Shown: in pieces, positions 28,910-38,093 of the stretch
Layout: the number at the start of each line of letters is the position of its first letter
Numbering within the stretch: position 1 is the stretch's first letter
Notes under the pieces: model-generated
Databases searched by the model: none
Seen by the model: only the letters and a program-made list of their open reading frames with translations
Told to the model about the DNA's origin: nothing
Assembly (NCBI GenBank): GCA_949288485.1
Contig: CASEKC010000001.1
Location: forward strand, 71,070 to 135,069
Direction of reading: 5' to 3'
Source of the DNA: an uncultured bacterium
GTDB lineage: Bacteria; Bacillota_I; Bacilli_A; RFN20; CAG-826
Length of the DNA stretch: 64,000 nucleotides
Made by a program: the position numbers and the translations under genes

Positions 28910-28994
28910 ATTTTTTATAAACGAAGTTAAAATACATATTAAAAAATATAGTGAAAAATAGACTTATTTTTGTTATAATTTTAAAGGAATTTTT

Positions 28995-30932
28995 ATGGAA
29001 AATAAGAAAGAATATAACGCTAGTAGTATTGAAGTTTTAGAAGGTCTTGAAGCTGTAAGAAAAAGACCTGGTATGTATATTGGAAGTACCGATACTTATG
29101 GTCTTCATCATTTAGTGTGGGAAATTTTAAATAACTCAGTTGATGAAGCTATCAATGGTTTTGGTAATAAAATTTATTTAATTATTCATAAAGATGGTTC
29201 AATTACTATTTCCGATGAAGGTAGAGGAATTCCTTGTGATATTCATAAAAAAACCGGTATTCCTGCAATTCAATTAATTTTAACAACTCTTCATAGTGGT
29301 GGAAAATTTAACGAAAATTCATATAAAACTAGTGGTGGACTCCATGGTGTTGGTAGCAGTGTTACTAATGCATTATCTTCTTTTATGGATGTTGTTGTCC
29401 AAAAAGATGGAAATATTTATGAAATATCTTTTGAAAATGGTGGAAAACTAAAAAAACCTTTGACAGTTATAGGAAAAACTAATCGTCATGGAACATCAAC
29501 AACTTTTAAACCGGATAAAACAATTTTTAAAACTACAGAATTTAGTTTTGAAAGAATTTATAATTATTTACAAGAATCCGCTTTTTTACTTAAAAATGTT
29601 CATTTTTATTTAATTGACGAAAGAGATAATAAAAAGGTTGAATTCTTTTATGAAAACGGTATAAAAGATTATATTCACGAAATCGAAATAGAGAAAAAAC
29701 CATTAGGAAACGCTCTATATTTTGAAGATACAATCGAAGGGATTCAAGTTGAGGTTGCTTTCGAATATTTTTACGATGATTATGGTGAAAATATTAAAAG
29801 TTATGTTAATAATATTAGAACAATTGATGGCGGAAGCCATGAAATTGGTTTTAAATTAGGTATAACTCGTGCAGTTAATGACTATATTGAAAATAATGGT
29901 TTAGCAAAAAATAAACAAAAGCTTGAAGGAAGTGACATTAGAGAAGGATTAACAGCAATAATTTCTTTAAGAGTCCCTGAATCCATTCTTCAATTTGAAG
30001 GTCAAACAAAAACGAAATTAGGAACTCCACAAGCTCAAACAGTTGTTAATAATTTTATTTATCAAAATTTCACATATTATTTAAATGAAAATAAAGAATT
30101 TGCTATAAATTTAGTTAAAAAATGTATTGATTCACAAACTGCTAGATTGGCTGCAAGAAAGGCTAAAGAAGAAGCTAGAAATAAGAAAAAAACTAGTAAA
30201 GAGCAAGTTATTTTAAGTGATAAATTAACACCTGCTCAATCTAAAGATTATAAACAAAACGAACTTTTTATTGTTGAGGGAGATTCTGCTGGAGGTACAG
30301 CCAAAAAAGGAAGAGATCCAAGATATCAAGCAATATTGCCTTTAAGAGGAAAACCAAAAAATACTGATGGTTTAGCCGTTTCAAAGATTATGGAAAACCA
30401 AGAATTTGCAACAATTGTAAATACAATTGGTGCTGGAATTGGAAATGATTTTGATATTGATGATATTAAATACGATAAAATTATAATTATGACCGATGCT
30501 GATACTGACGGAGCACACATCCAAACACTTTTATTAACATTTTTCTATAATTATATGAAACCTTTAATTACGGAAGGACATGTTTTTGTTGCTGTTCCAC
30601 CTCTTTATAGAGTTTTTAAAAATGAAAAAGGTAAAACAATTGAAAAATATTGTTATGATGAAACAGATTTAGATAAAGCAAAACAAGAACTCGGAAAAGG
30701 CTATTCTATTTCACGTTTTAAAGGTTTAGGTGAAATGAGTGATAAACAATTAAAATTTACAACGATGGATAAAGAACATCGTTTATTAATGAAAGTTTCT
30801 ATCCATGATCCTGTAATTTGTGAAAAGAAAATTACTATTTTAATGGGTGATGATGCCGAAAAAAGAAGAAAATGGCTCGAAGAATATGTTGATTTTAATG
30901 AAAACGATAATTTTATAAAGGAAATTAAATAA
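28995..30932 (+). CDS. parE: DNA topoisomerase IV subunit B (ParE)
   Basis: GHKL ATPase plus TOPRIM (EGDSAGG, DxDGxH). Called ParE rather than GyrB because of the plsY-parE-parC synteny. Confidence 0.75.
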   Translation: MENKKEYNASSIEVLEGLEAVRKRPGMYIGSTDTYGLHHLVWEILNNSVDEAINGFGNKIYLIIHKDGSITISDEGRGIPCDIHKKTGIPAIQLILTTLHSGGKFNENSYKTSGGLHGVGSSVTNALSSFMDVVVQKDGNIYEISFENGGKLKKPLTVIGKTNRHGTSTTFKPDKTIFKTTEFSFERIYNYLQESAFLLKNVHFYLIDERDNKKVEFFYENGIKDYIHEIEIEKKPLGNALYFEDTIEGIQVEVAFEYFYDDYGENIKSYVNNIRTIDGGSHEIGFKLGITRAVNDYIENNGLAKNKQKLEGSDIREGLTAIISLRVPESILQFEGQTKTKLGTPQAQTVVNNFIYQNFTYYLNENKEFAINLVKKCIDSQTARLAARKAKEEARNKKKTSKEQVILSDKLTPAQSKDYKQNELFIVEGDSAGGTAKKGRDPRYQAILPLRGKPKNTDGLAVSKIMENQEFATIVNTIGAGIGNDFDIDDIKYDKIIIMTDADTDGAHIQTLLLTFFYNYMKPLITEGHVFVAVPPLYRVFKNEKGKTIEKYCYDETDLDKAKQELGKGYSISRFKGLGEMSDKQLKFTTMDKEHRLLMKVSIHDPVICEKKITILMGDDAEKRRKWLEEYVDFNENDNFIKEIK

Positions 30933-33505
30933 TGGCTACAAGAAAAAAAGAGAACCCACAATTTATTGAAAATATAGTATCTCAAGCTCTTGATGATTTA
31001 ATGAGTGACCGTTTTGCTGTTTATGCAAAATATGTTATTCAAGATAGAGCTATACCTGATGCTAGAGATGGTCTAAAACCAGTTCAAAGAAGAATTATTT
31101 ATTCGATGTTTACGAATAATAATACTTTTGATAAGCCTACAAGAAAATGTGCAAAAATTGTCGGTGATGTTATGGGCCGTTTTCATCCACATGGCGATTC
31201 ATCAATTTATGATGCATTAACAAGAATGTCTCAAACTTGGAAAATGAGTCAAACTTTAGTTGATTTCCAAGGAAATAATGGTTCGATTGATGGTGATCCA
31301 GCTGCCGCTTATCGTTATACTGAAGCTAGATTATCAAAATATTCAATGCTTTTAGTTAAAAATATTGAAAAAGAAACCGTTGATTTTACACTTAATTTTA
31401 GTGATGAAGAATTAGAACCTACTGTTTTACCTAGTTATATTCCAAATTTATTTATTAATGGTAGTAAAGGTATTGCTGTTGGTTTAGCTACAGAAATACC
31501 TCCTCACAATTTAGGTGAAATTTGTAATGCCGTTATCGAAAGACTTAACAATCCTGAATGTAGTCTTGATGATTTATTAGTTCATCTAAAAGGACCAGAT
31601 TTTCCTACTGGTGGAATAATTTATGATAATGGTGGGATTCGCCAAATGTATGAAACTGGACGTGGAAAATTTGAAATTGGTTCTAAAATAGATATTAAAT
31701 CATTAAGTGATTCTACTCAAATTGTTATAAGTGAAATACCATATGGCATCGAAAAACAAGAATTAGTCCATTCTATTGATGAAATTCGACGTGATAAAGA
31801 GGTTAATGGTGTAACCGACGTCAAAGATTTATCGAGTGGAGATGATATCAACATTGTTATTGATTTAAAAAAAGATATTGATCCAAAAATTGTTATTCAA
31901 TATCTTTATAAGAAAACAAATTTAAGAATTACTTACAACGCAAATATTGTCGCAATTTGTAATAATCACCCAAAAACTCTATCTTTAATTGATTATTTAG
32001 ATATTTATATCGACCATTTAATTACTGTTAATAAAAAAGCTCTTTCTTATGATTTAGCAAAAGCAAGAAAAAGATTAAATATTGTTTATGGATTAATTAA
32101 AGCTATTTCAATAATTGATGAAATTATTAATTTAATTAGAAACAGTATTAATAAAGAAGACGCTAAAGTTAAACTTATTGAAAAATATAGTTTTAACGAA
32201 GATCAAGCTGAAGCGATTTTAAATATTCGTCTTTATAAATTATCTCATACCGATGTAGAGGTTTATTTAAACGAGAAAAAGGAATTAGAAAAAACTATTT
32301 CTACAATTGCTTCTTTATTATCTTCAAAAGAAAAATTAACAAAATATATCAGTGATGATTTAAAAAATATCATCGAAAATTATAATTCAGATAGAAGAAG
32401 TGAAATTTCTGATAAAGTTGAAAATATTAGTATAAATAAACGTGATTTAATAGCTAAAGAAGATTTTTATGTTGTTGCAACAAAAGATGGCTATATTAAA
32501 AGATCATCAATAAAATCATATAAGGCTTGTGAAGGTCAACTTCCAGGGATTAAAGATGGCGATTCAATCGTTTTAGCTAAATTAATATCTTCTTTAGATT
32601 ATGTTTTAGCTTTTACAAATTTAGGAAATTATTTGTTTATTCCTGCTCATGAAATTTATGAAAATAAATGGAAAGATGAAGGAAAACATATAAATTACAT
32701 GATTAATTTGCCATTAAGCGAATATATTATTAAAACAATTATAGTTAATGATTTTAATATTAATTGCTCTATTGCTTTAATTAGCAAAAATGGACAAATT
32801 AAAAAGACAAAATTAAGCGAATTTTATGCTCAACGATACTCTAAACCAATTCAATGCATGAAACTTCTTAAAAATGATGAAATCGCTGATGTTGAAGTTT
32901 TAAGTAATAATAGTGATTGTTTAATTGTTACAGAAAGTGGCAATGCCACATTCTTTAATGAACAAGAAATCACCGCAACAGGTCTAAAAACAAGCGGTAT
33001 AAAAGCTATTTCAACTTTAAGAAATTCACAATTACGCGCATTAATTCCTTTAAAAAGAGATGTTAAAGAAAAAATTATGTTTTTAACGGATGGTGGAATG
33101 TATCGAATTTATGATACGTCTAATTTAACTTTAACTAAAAGACTTGGCGCAACTCAAATGATTTTTAAATCATTTAAAAGCGATCCACATAAACTTGTTT
33201 TCTATAAGAGAATACAAAATAAAGATGAAGATTTAAATTTATATGGAATTTATGAAAATAATTCATTATTTAATTTTAAAATTAATGATTTTCATTTAAC
33301 TCCAATAGATAAATATTGTAAGAAAAACATCGATGAAATGCCTGATAATTTAAAAATTAAGGATCTCTTCAAATTTGATACACCTAAAATTGATGAAAAT
33401 TTTAAAGTCGATATAGTTGCTATAAATGAAAATTCATCTTCAAATGAAGATGAAAATGAAGAAAAATATGAGCAAATCTCTATTTTTGACGATATGGGAG
33501 ATTAA
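30932..33505 (+). CDS. parC: DNA topoisomerase IV subunit A (ParC)
   Basis: Catalytic AAYRYTEARL tyrosine region. Translationally coupled to parE. Confidence 0.75.
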   Translation: MATRKKENPQFIENIVSQALDDLMSDRFAVYAKYVIQDRAIPDARDGLKPVQRRIIYSMFTNNNTFDKPTRKCAKIVGDVMGRFHPHGDSSIYDALTRMSQTWKMSQTLVDFQGNNGSIDGDPAAAYRYTEARLSKYSMLLVKNIEKETVDFTLNFSDEELEPTVLPSYIPNLFINGSKGIAVGLATEIPPHNLGEICNAVIERLNNPECSLDDLLVHLKGPDFPTGGIIYDNGGIRQMYETGRGKFEIGSKIDIKSLSDSTQIVISEIPYGIEKQELVHSIDEIRRDKEVNGVTDVKDLSSGDDINIVIDLKKDIDPKIVIQYLYKKTNLRITYNANIVAICNNHPKTLSLIDYLDIYIDHLITVNKKALSYDLAKARKRLNIVYGLIKAISIIDEIINLIRNSINKEDAKVKLIEKYSFNEDQAEAILNIRLYKLSHTDVEVYLNEKKELEKTISTIASLLSSKEKLTKYISDDLKNIIENYNSDRRSEISDKVENISINKRDLIAKEDFYVVATKDGYIKRSSIKSYKACEGQLPGIKDGDSIVLAKLISSLDYVLAFTNLGNYLFIPAHEIYENKWKDEGKHINYMINLPLSEYIIKTIIVNDFNINCSIALISKNGQIKKTKLSEFYAQRYSKPIQCMKLLKNDEIADVEVLSNNSDCLIVTESGNATFFNEQEITATGLKTSGIKAISTLRNSQLRALIPLKRDVKEKIMFLTDGGMYRIYDTSNLTLTKRLGATQMIFKSFKSDPHKLVFYKRIQNKDEDLNLYGIYENNSLFNFKINDFHLTPIDKYCKKNIDEMPDNLKIKDLFKFDTPKIDENFKVDIVAINENSSSNEDENEEKYEQISIFDDMGD

Positions 33506-33783
33506 ATATAAGCTAAAATTATATAAATTATTCCAATTATTAGAAGAAGAAGTGTTTCAAAAAAACAATAATTCATGTCGCTATCTTCCCTTTTATAAGC
33601 TAAACATAAACTAGCGATAAGAAAAGGAAGAGCTAAAATTTGCGAAAGTATCATTATAAATAAACCTATAATTTGTAAGATACGAGCTGTTAAATTTCTT
33701 GTTTTTAAACCTTTATTATCATCCATGTTTAATATTATACCTACTTTTTTAAATAATAGGTGACATATTTTATAAAAATTCAT
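33502..33783 (-). CDS. hypothetical small membrane protein (93 aa, two predicted TM helices)
   Basis: ORF convergent with parC. No SD found, so confidence is low. Confidence 0.3.
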   Translation of the reverse strand: MNFYKICHLLFKKVGIILNMDDNKGLKTRNLTARILQIIGLFIMILSQILALPFLIASLCLAYKREDSDMNYCFFETLLLLIIGIIYIILAYI

Positions 33784-33870
33784 AATTAGTAAATAATTAG
33801 TATATTTATAGTAATAAAATAGTTAATAATTTTCTTTATTTTTCTTTGTTTCTAATCTATAATTTTATTC

Positions 33871-34410
33871 ATGAAAGCAATTATTCCGAATTTTAAAGCA
33901 AAAAGTTTATTTGAAATTGATCTTAATTTTTATAAAGAACTTGATATAAAATATCTTTTTTGTGATTTAGACAATACTTTAGATTTATATACACAAAAAA
34001 TACCTTCTGAACATGTTATAAATTTCGTAAAAGAATTAAATAAAAATAATATTAATTTGATAATTTGCAGTAATAATAATAAAAAAAGAGTCATGAAATA
34101 TGCTAAAATATTAAAGGTAGATTTTATTTATAATTCATTTAAGCCATTTACTTTTAAAACAAAAAAGTTTATTAAAAAAATGAATATAGATATATCAAAA
34201 AGTCTTTTCGTAGGCGATCAATTATTAACAGATATTAAATGTGGTAATCGTTTAGGTATGAAAACCTTATATGTTGATGAAATTGCTCATAAAAATGGGT
34301 TTTTTACAAAAATAAACAAAAAAATTGAACTTATTTATAAAAAAAGACTAGAAAATTCAATTTTCTGCAAAGATTGGAGGGATATTTATGTCAATTCTCA
34401 AGAAAGTTAA
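33871..34410 (+). CDS. YqeG-family HAD-IIIA phosphatase
   Basis: DLDNTL motif I. yqeG-yqeH-yhbY-yqeK synteny. Confidence 0.7.
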   Translation: MKAIIPNFKAKSLFEIDLNFYKELDIKYLFCDLDNTLDLYTQKIPSEHVINFVKELNKNNINLIICSNNNKKRVMKYAKILKVDFIYNSFKPFTFKTKKFIKKMNIDISKSLFVGDQLLTDIKCGNRLGMKTLYVDEIAHKNGFFTKINKKIELIYKKRLENSIFCKDWRDIYVNSQES

Positions 34411-35518
34411 AAGATGTTCTCATTGTGGGGCAATTTTACAAACTGAAAATCCAGAAAAAGAAGGATATATTACTTCCTTAATTTTAAAAAAATATCCTGA
34501 TGGAGTTTTGCTTTGTGATAAATGTTTTGCAGAAGAAAAAAGCGAAGATAATATAGTCGTTTTAAATGAAGAATTTAAGAGCGTTTTAAAAACAATTAAA
34601 GAGAGAAATGCTTTAGTTGTTTATGTCATAGATATTTTCTCGTTTGAGGGCGGTTTTCCTTCAGAAGCAACAAGTTTATTAAGCGATTTAGATGTTATTG
34701 TTGTTGCTAACAAACGCGATTTAATGCCGAAAGATTGCGATGATAAAGAATTAATATCTTATGTTAACCATCGTTTAAGAGTTTCTTCTTTAAAAGTTAA
34801 AGAAACAATTTTAACATCAATTAATTCTGATTATCATATTGACGAATTAAGAAAACTTATTCGTGATAACTGTAAAGGCAGAGATGTTTATTTTGTTGGT
34901 TCATCAACAAGTGGTAAATCTGCTTTAATTAGTGAAATATTGAAGAATTTCGAAAACAAAACTAATAAATTTATAGTAACTTATACATTCCCAAATACAT
35001 CTTTAAGAGGATTTCAAATTCCAATTAGCGAAAAAACTTATATTTACGAAGTACCAGGTTTTCCAATCGATAATTCATTATTGGGTGTTTTAGAAAAACC
35101 AATCGTTAATTATATTGTTCCTAAAAAAGCTGTAGAAGACAGAAAATTTAATTTAAGCGACAAAGTTTCCTTAGCAATTGGCGGATTAGCATTAATTCAA
35201 CAATTAACTGAAGAAAAAACAACTATGCATTGCTATATTTCACCAAAAATTAGTGTAAAAGCTAAAAGAGGTGATGCTTTAAAATTCTTTGAGTCTATTT
35301 TAAAAAATGGTGATCAAACAAACACATCATTTAAATTTAGAAGTTTGAATGATTTTGATGTATATGATTTTGAAATAACTGAAACTGGTGAAAGAGATAT
35401 AGGAATTTTAGGTTTAGGTTGGGTTCAATTTAAAGGAAACAATCAAAAATTCAGAGTTTTTGTACCAAAAGGAGTGTACGTTTATACAACACGTGCAAAA
35501 TTGAAAAATGTTAAATAA
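34388..35518 (+). CDS. yqeH: ribosome biogenesis GTPase YqeH (circularly permuted)
   Basis: N-terminal CSHCG zinc motif. G4 NKRDL precedes G1 GSSTSGKS. Confidence 0.8.
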   Translation: MSILKKVKRCSHCGAILQTENPEKEGYITSLILKKYPDGVLLCDKCFAEEKSEDNIVVLNEEFKSVLKTIKERNALVVYVIDIFSFEGGFPSEATSLLSDLDVIVVANKRDLMPKDCDDKELISYVNHRLRVSSLKVKETILTSINSDYHIDELRKLIRDNCKGRDVYFVGSSTSGKSALISEILKNFENKTNKFIVTYTFPNTSLRGFQIPISEKTYIYEVPGFPIDNSLLGVLEKPIVNYIVPKKAVEDRKFNLSDKVSLAIGGLALIQQLTEEKTTMHCYISPKISVKAKRGDALKFFESILKNGDQTNTSFKFRSLNDFDVYDFEITETGERDIGILGLGWVQFKGNNQKFRVFVPKGVYVYTTRAKLKNVK

Positions 35519-35816
35519 TAAGAATAAAACATATTTAAAAAAGCTTGCTTTAGATAGAAAAATACTAAAATTTAATGTCGGAAAAGCAACATTAAACGAT
35601 AATGCTTTAAAAAACATTGATAATTATCTTGTAAAATACGAATTAGTCAAAATTTCGTTTTTAAAATCTTCATTTTCTGATGCAGAATCAAAAAATGAAT
35701 TAATTTTAGATTTAGTTTCTAATTTAAAAGCAGAAGTTGTTGAAAATATCGGTAATACCTTGCTTTTATATAGACCAAATAAAGAAGCTAAAGATCATAT
35801 TATTCTTCTTAGATAA
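35508..35816 (+). CDS. yhbY: YhbY/CRS1 (CRM-domain) RNA-binding protein
   Basis: LT.KQK..L...A.....K..VGK.G......I......ELVK pattern, ending LLLYRP. Confidence 0.7.
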   Translation: MLNNKNKTYLKKLALDRKILKFNVGKATLNDNALKNIDNYLVKYELVKISFLKSSFSDAESKNELILDLVSNLKAEVVENIGNTLLLYRPNKEAKDHIILLR

Positions 35817-35820
35817 GAAA

Positions 35821-36423
35821 ATGGAAGTAGTTTATTTTAAAAAATATCGTTTTACATTAAAAAAGGGGAAAATAGTAGATATTGACCCTTTTTTAAATAG
35901 TTATTTATGCAAAAAGCTTAAAGAAAATCGCTATTTGCATTCTTTAAGCGTTGCAAATTTAATGTATGAAATTGCCATTAATAATAAATTAGAAAATCCT
36001 TTGAAATATTATGTATGTGGTTTACTTCATGATGTAGGAAAATACGAGCCAAGTGAAGTTGAACTTAAAATTATGAAAAAGGAGTTTAAAAACTATTTAG
36101 ACTTACCACAATATGCATACCATTCTTTTGTCGGTGCTTATTTAGTTAAAAATGATTTAGGTATCGAAGAAGATGATTTATTGGATGCAATTATGTTTCA
36201 TACAACTGGTAATAAAAAAATGAGTATTATTTCAAAAATACTTTTTTCAGCTGATAAAATTGATCCTTTAAGAAATTACGATTCTTCACATATGATTAAG
36301 ATGATGAAAGAAAACTATGAAAGTGGTTTTATTGAAGTTGTTAAAGAAACAAAAAAATTTTTAAAATTTAAAAATAATGATACTAACTATTTAAGTGAAA
36401 AGATGTATGATTTTTATCTATAG
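35821..36423 (+). CDS. yqeK: HD-domain hydrolase YqeK
   Basis: HSLSVA...LLHDVGK HD motif. Start at the internal Met (MEVVYFKKY). nadD is absent between yhbY and yqeK. Confidence 0.75.
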   Translation: MEVVYFKKYRFTLKKGKIVDIDPFLNSYLCKKLKENRYLHSLSVANLMYEIAINNKLENPLKYYVCGLLHDVGKYEPSEVELKIMKKEFKNYLDLPQYAYHSFVGAYLVKNDLGIEEDDLLDAIMFHTTGNKKMSIISKILFSADKIDPLRNYDSSHMIKMMKENYESGFIEVVKETKKFLKFKNNDTNYLSEKMYDFYL

Positions 36424-36500
36424 TTTACTATTTTTTTATTGAATTTATTTTTGATTATAATTAACTTCGTATAATACCTATTATGTAAAATAAAAATCTA

Positions 36501-36528
36501 AAAAAAGCGATAAATATCGAATATTTTA
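36501..36528. terminator. weak hairpin A7-G-CGATA-aa-TATCG-aaTATTTT (member of the CGATA..TATCG family)
   Basis: 5-bp stem with A and T tracts, between the convergent yqeK and the 176-aa hypothetical. Confidence 0.35.
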
Positions 36529-36617
36529 TACTTTAAAAACAATTATATATAATTTTATTAATAATATATGGTATGTAGTTTTCCACAGTTTTAAACATAA
36601 AATCTACTAGATATCTA

Positions 36618-37148
36618 CTAACAAATATAATTGTTTTTCTTATAATTTCTATTTAATTCAAACTTTTTATTAGCTAATCTTAAATAATATAATTGTATTC
36701 TTTCAACTTGATCTATATTTAAATATCCATAACCTCTAGAAAGTATTTTATTATCTTTAATATTAACCAATTTCTTATTGATCATTTTTATTCCTTCTAA
36801 GCGAGCATAAAATATATTATTTCTACTAATTAATGGCAAAATCCCTATTTCAAGGAATTTTTTACAATCAACTTTAGTGTTCATCTTATTAAATGTTTCT
36901 AAAGGGCAAATAAAAACTGTATTATCGTTATTCATGCTATCTTCTAAAGATAAAGCTAATTTAAATATAGGATTATTATTGTTATCAAATCTTGATACAT
37001 ATTGAAATATTTGGCCCTTGTAAATTGGAAAATTATTTGTTGGTAATGGTGATCTATAACCATTGTTTAGTGAATCTTCGAGATCTTTATTAACGTTTTT
37101 AGCATATAAAGTCCGTCTTGATAAATGATAAGTATTAATGAAATCCAT
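36618..37148 (-). CDS. hypothetical protein (176 aa, soluble), lineage-specific
   Basis: Start placed at MDFINTYHLS, preceded by AGGAGG-tagaaat-ATG. The track's upstream TTG extension is unsupported. No recognisable domain. Confidence 0.45.
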   Translation of the reverse strand: MDFINTYHLSRRTLYAKNVNKDLEDSLNNGYRSPLPTNNFPIYKGQIFQYVSRFDNNNNPIFKLALSLEDSMNNDNTVFICPLETFNKMNTKVDCKKFLEIGILPLISRNNIFYARLEGIKMINKKLVNIKDNKILSRGYGYLNIDQVERIQLYYLRLANKKFELNRNYKKNNYIC

Positions 37149-37193
37149 ATTTCTACCTCCTAATAGCATATAAAATGTTAATTTATTAAGCTT

Positions 37194-37262
37194 TTCACTA
37201 TACAAGAATGCTAGAATTTTAAAATTTATGCATATTTTTTTAAAAATTTTTAAGAGAGCTAC
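37194..37262 (-). repeat. copy A of the ~60-bp leader element (sense on the minus strand)
   Basis: Reverse complement reads ttaaaaatttttaaaaaaataTGCATAAATTTTaaaattctAGCaTTCTTGTATAgtGAAAAG, 46 nt upstream of the 176-aa ORF start. Confidence 0.5.
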
Positions 37263-37273
37263 TGCTAAAAATG

Positions 37274-37303
37274 AAAAAAAGCCGATTTTTATCGACTTTT
37301 TTT
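37274..37303. terminator. hairpin A7-GC-CGAT-ttttt-ATCG-aC followed by T8, a probable bidirectional terminator
   Basis: Downstream of the permease gene (minus) and upstream of element copy A. Same family as 36501-36528 and 28892-28909. Confidence 0.45.
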
Positions 37304-37325
37304 AATATTTATTTTTTAAATTTTT

Positions 37326-38078
37326 TTATGTAATTTTCTTTTTTAATATAGATAAAATAAAATCAATAATAACAAAAATAATTATAATAATAATTATTAT
37401 TGCAAACATCATTGGATAATCAGCATTTTGATTTGCAACATAAATTAGTCTTCCAATTCCCCAAATACTACTTCTTCCAACAATTATTTCACTCATAACG
37501 GATATTTTAATTCCCATTCCTATTGAGTTAATTATTGCAACGTTTAAATACGGAAAAGTTAAAGGTAATATTACTTTAAAAATAGAATTTGGACGATAAA
37601 ATCCTTCTAAACGAAGACTATTTTTAATATTTTCATCAATATTTATTACTCCTCCAACAATTGCTTCATAAATGAGAGGAAAAATAACAATATATGATAT
37701 TAATACTGAAAAAATATTTGGTGAAAATATCGAAGAAATTATAAAAATAAAGCAAGGAACCGGTATAAAACGCATTAAATTTAAAAATGGTTTTAAAAAT
37801 TTTCTTGATTTAATAAATAAACCTGAAAGTAAGCCAAATATAATTCCTAAAATTATCGAAATTATTATTGCTACAATTGTTCTTAAAAATGTTAAACCAA
37901 AAGCTTCATAAGTGCTTTCTAAAGTTAATAAATTTAATAACGCATTAAAAGTTTGATCAATTGTTGGTAAATAAATTTTATCAAATAAAGATGAAGAGAT
38001 TAACCAAATTAAAAGAATAGTTAAGATACCTAACCATTCAAAGAGGATATTCCAACTATTCTTATATTTCTCTTTCAT
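37326..38078 (-). CDS. ABC transporter permease (NitT/TauT-like, six TM helices)
   Basis: Binding-protein-dependent permease signature and hydrophobicity pattern. No ATPase gene is adjacent. Confidence 0.65.
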   Translation of the reverse strand: MKEKYKNSWNILFEWLGILTILLIWLISSSLFDKIYLPTIDQTFNALLNLLTLESTYEAFGLTFLRTIVAIIISIILGIIFGLLSGLFIKSRKFLKPFLNLMRFIPVPCFIFIISSIFSPNIFSVLISYIVIFPLIYEAIVGGVINIDENIKNSLRLEGFYRPNSIFKVILPLTFPYLNVAIINSIGMGIKISVMSEIIVGRSSIWGIGRLIYVANQNADYPMMFAIIIIIIIIFVIIDFILSILKKKIT

Positions 38079-38093
38079 TATTCTATTTTACTA

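Noticed and set aside
28940-28960. tatagtgaaaa 11-mer upstream of parE matching part of leader element copy A
   Set aside because: Only an 11-mer is shared, with none of the other element blocks or spacing. It is probably a chance match in AT-rich DNA.
33426-33614. 62-aa plus-strand ORF overlapping the parC 3' end
   Set aside because: Alternate frame of the parC C-terminal acidic region. The convergent 93-aa membrane ORF is the more plausible of the two, and even that is low confidence.
36618-37205. Track start for the hypothetical ORF (TTG at 37205, 195 aa)
   Set aside because: The upstream extension runs through the conserved non-coding leader element in a different frame from copy B. A strong SD precedes the internal ATG at 37148.
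37672-37911. 79-aa plus-strand ORF inside the ABC permease gene
   Set aside because: Antisense to a well-supported six-TM permease.
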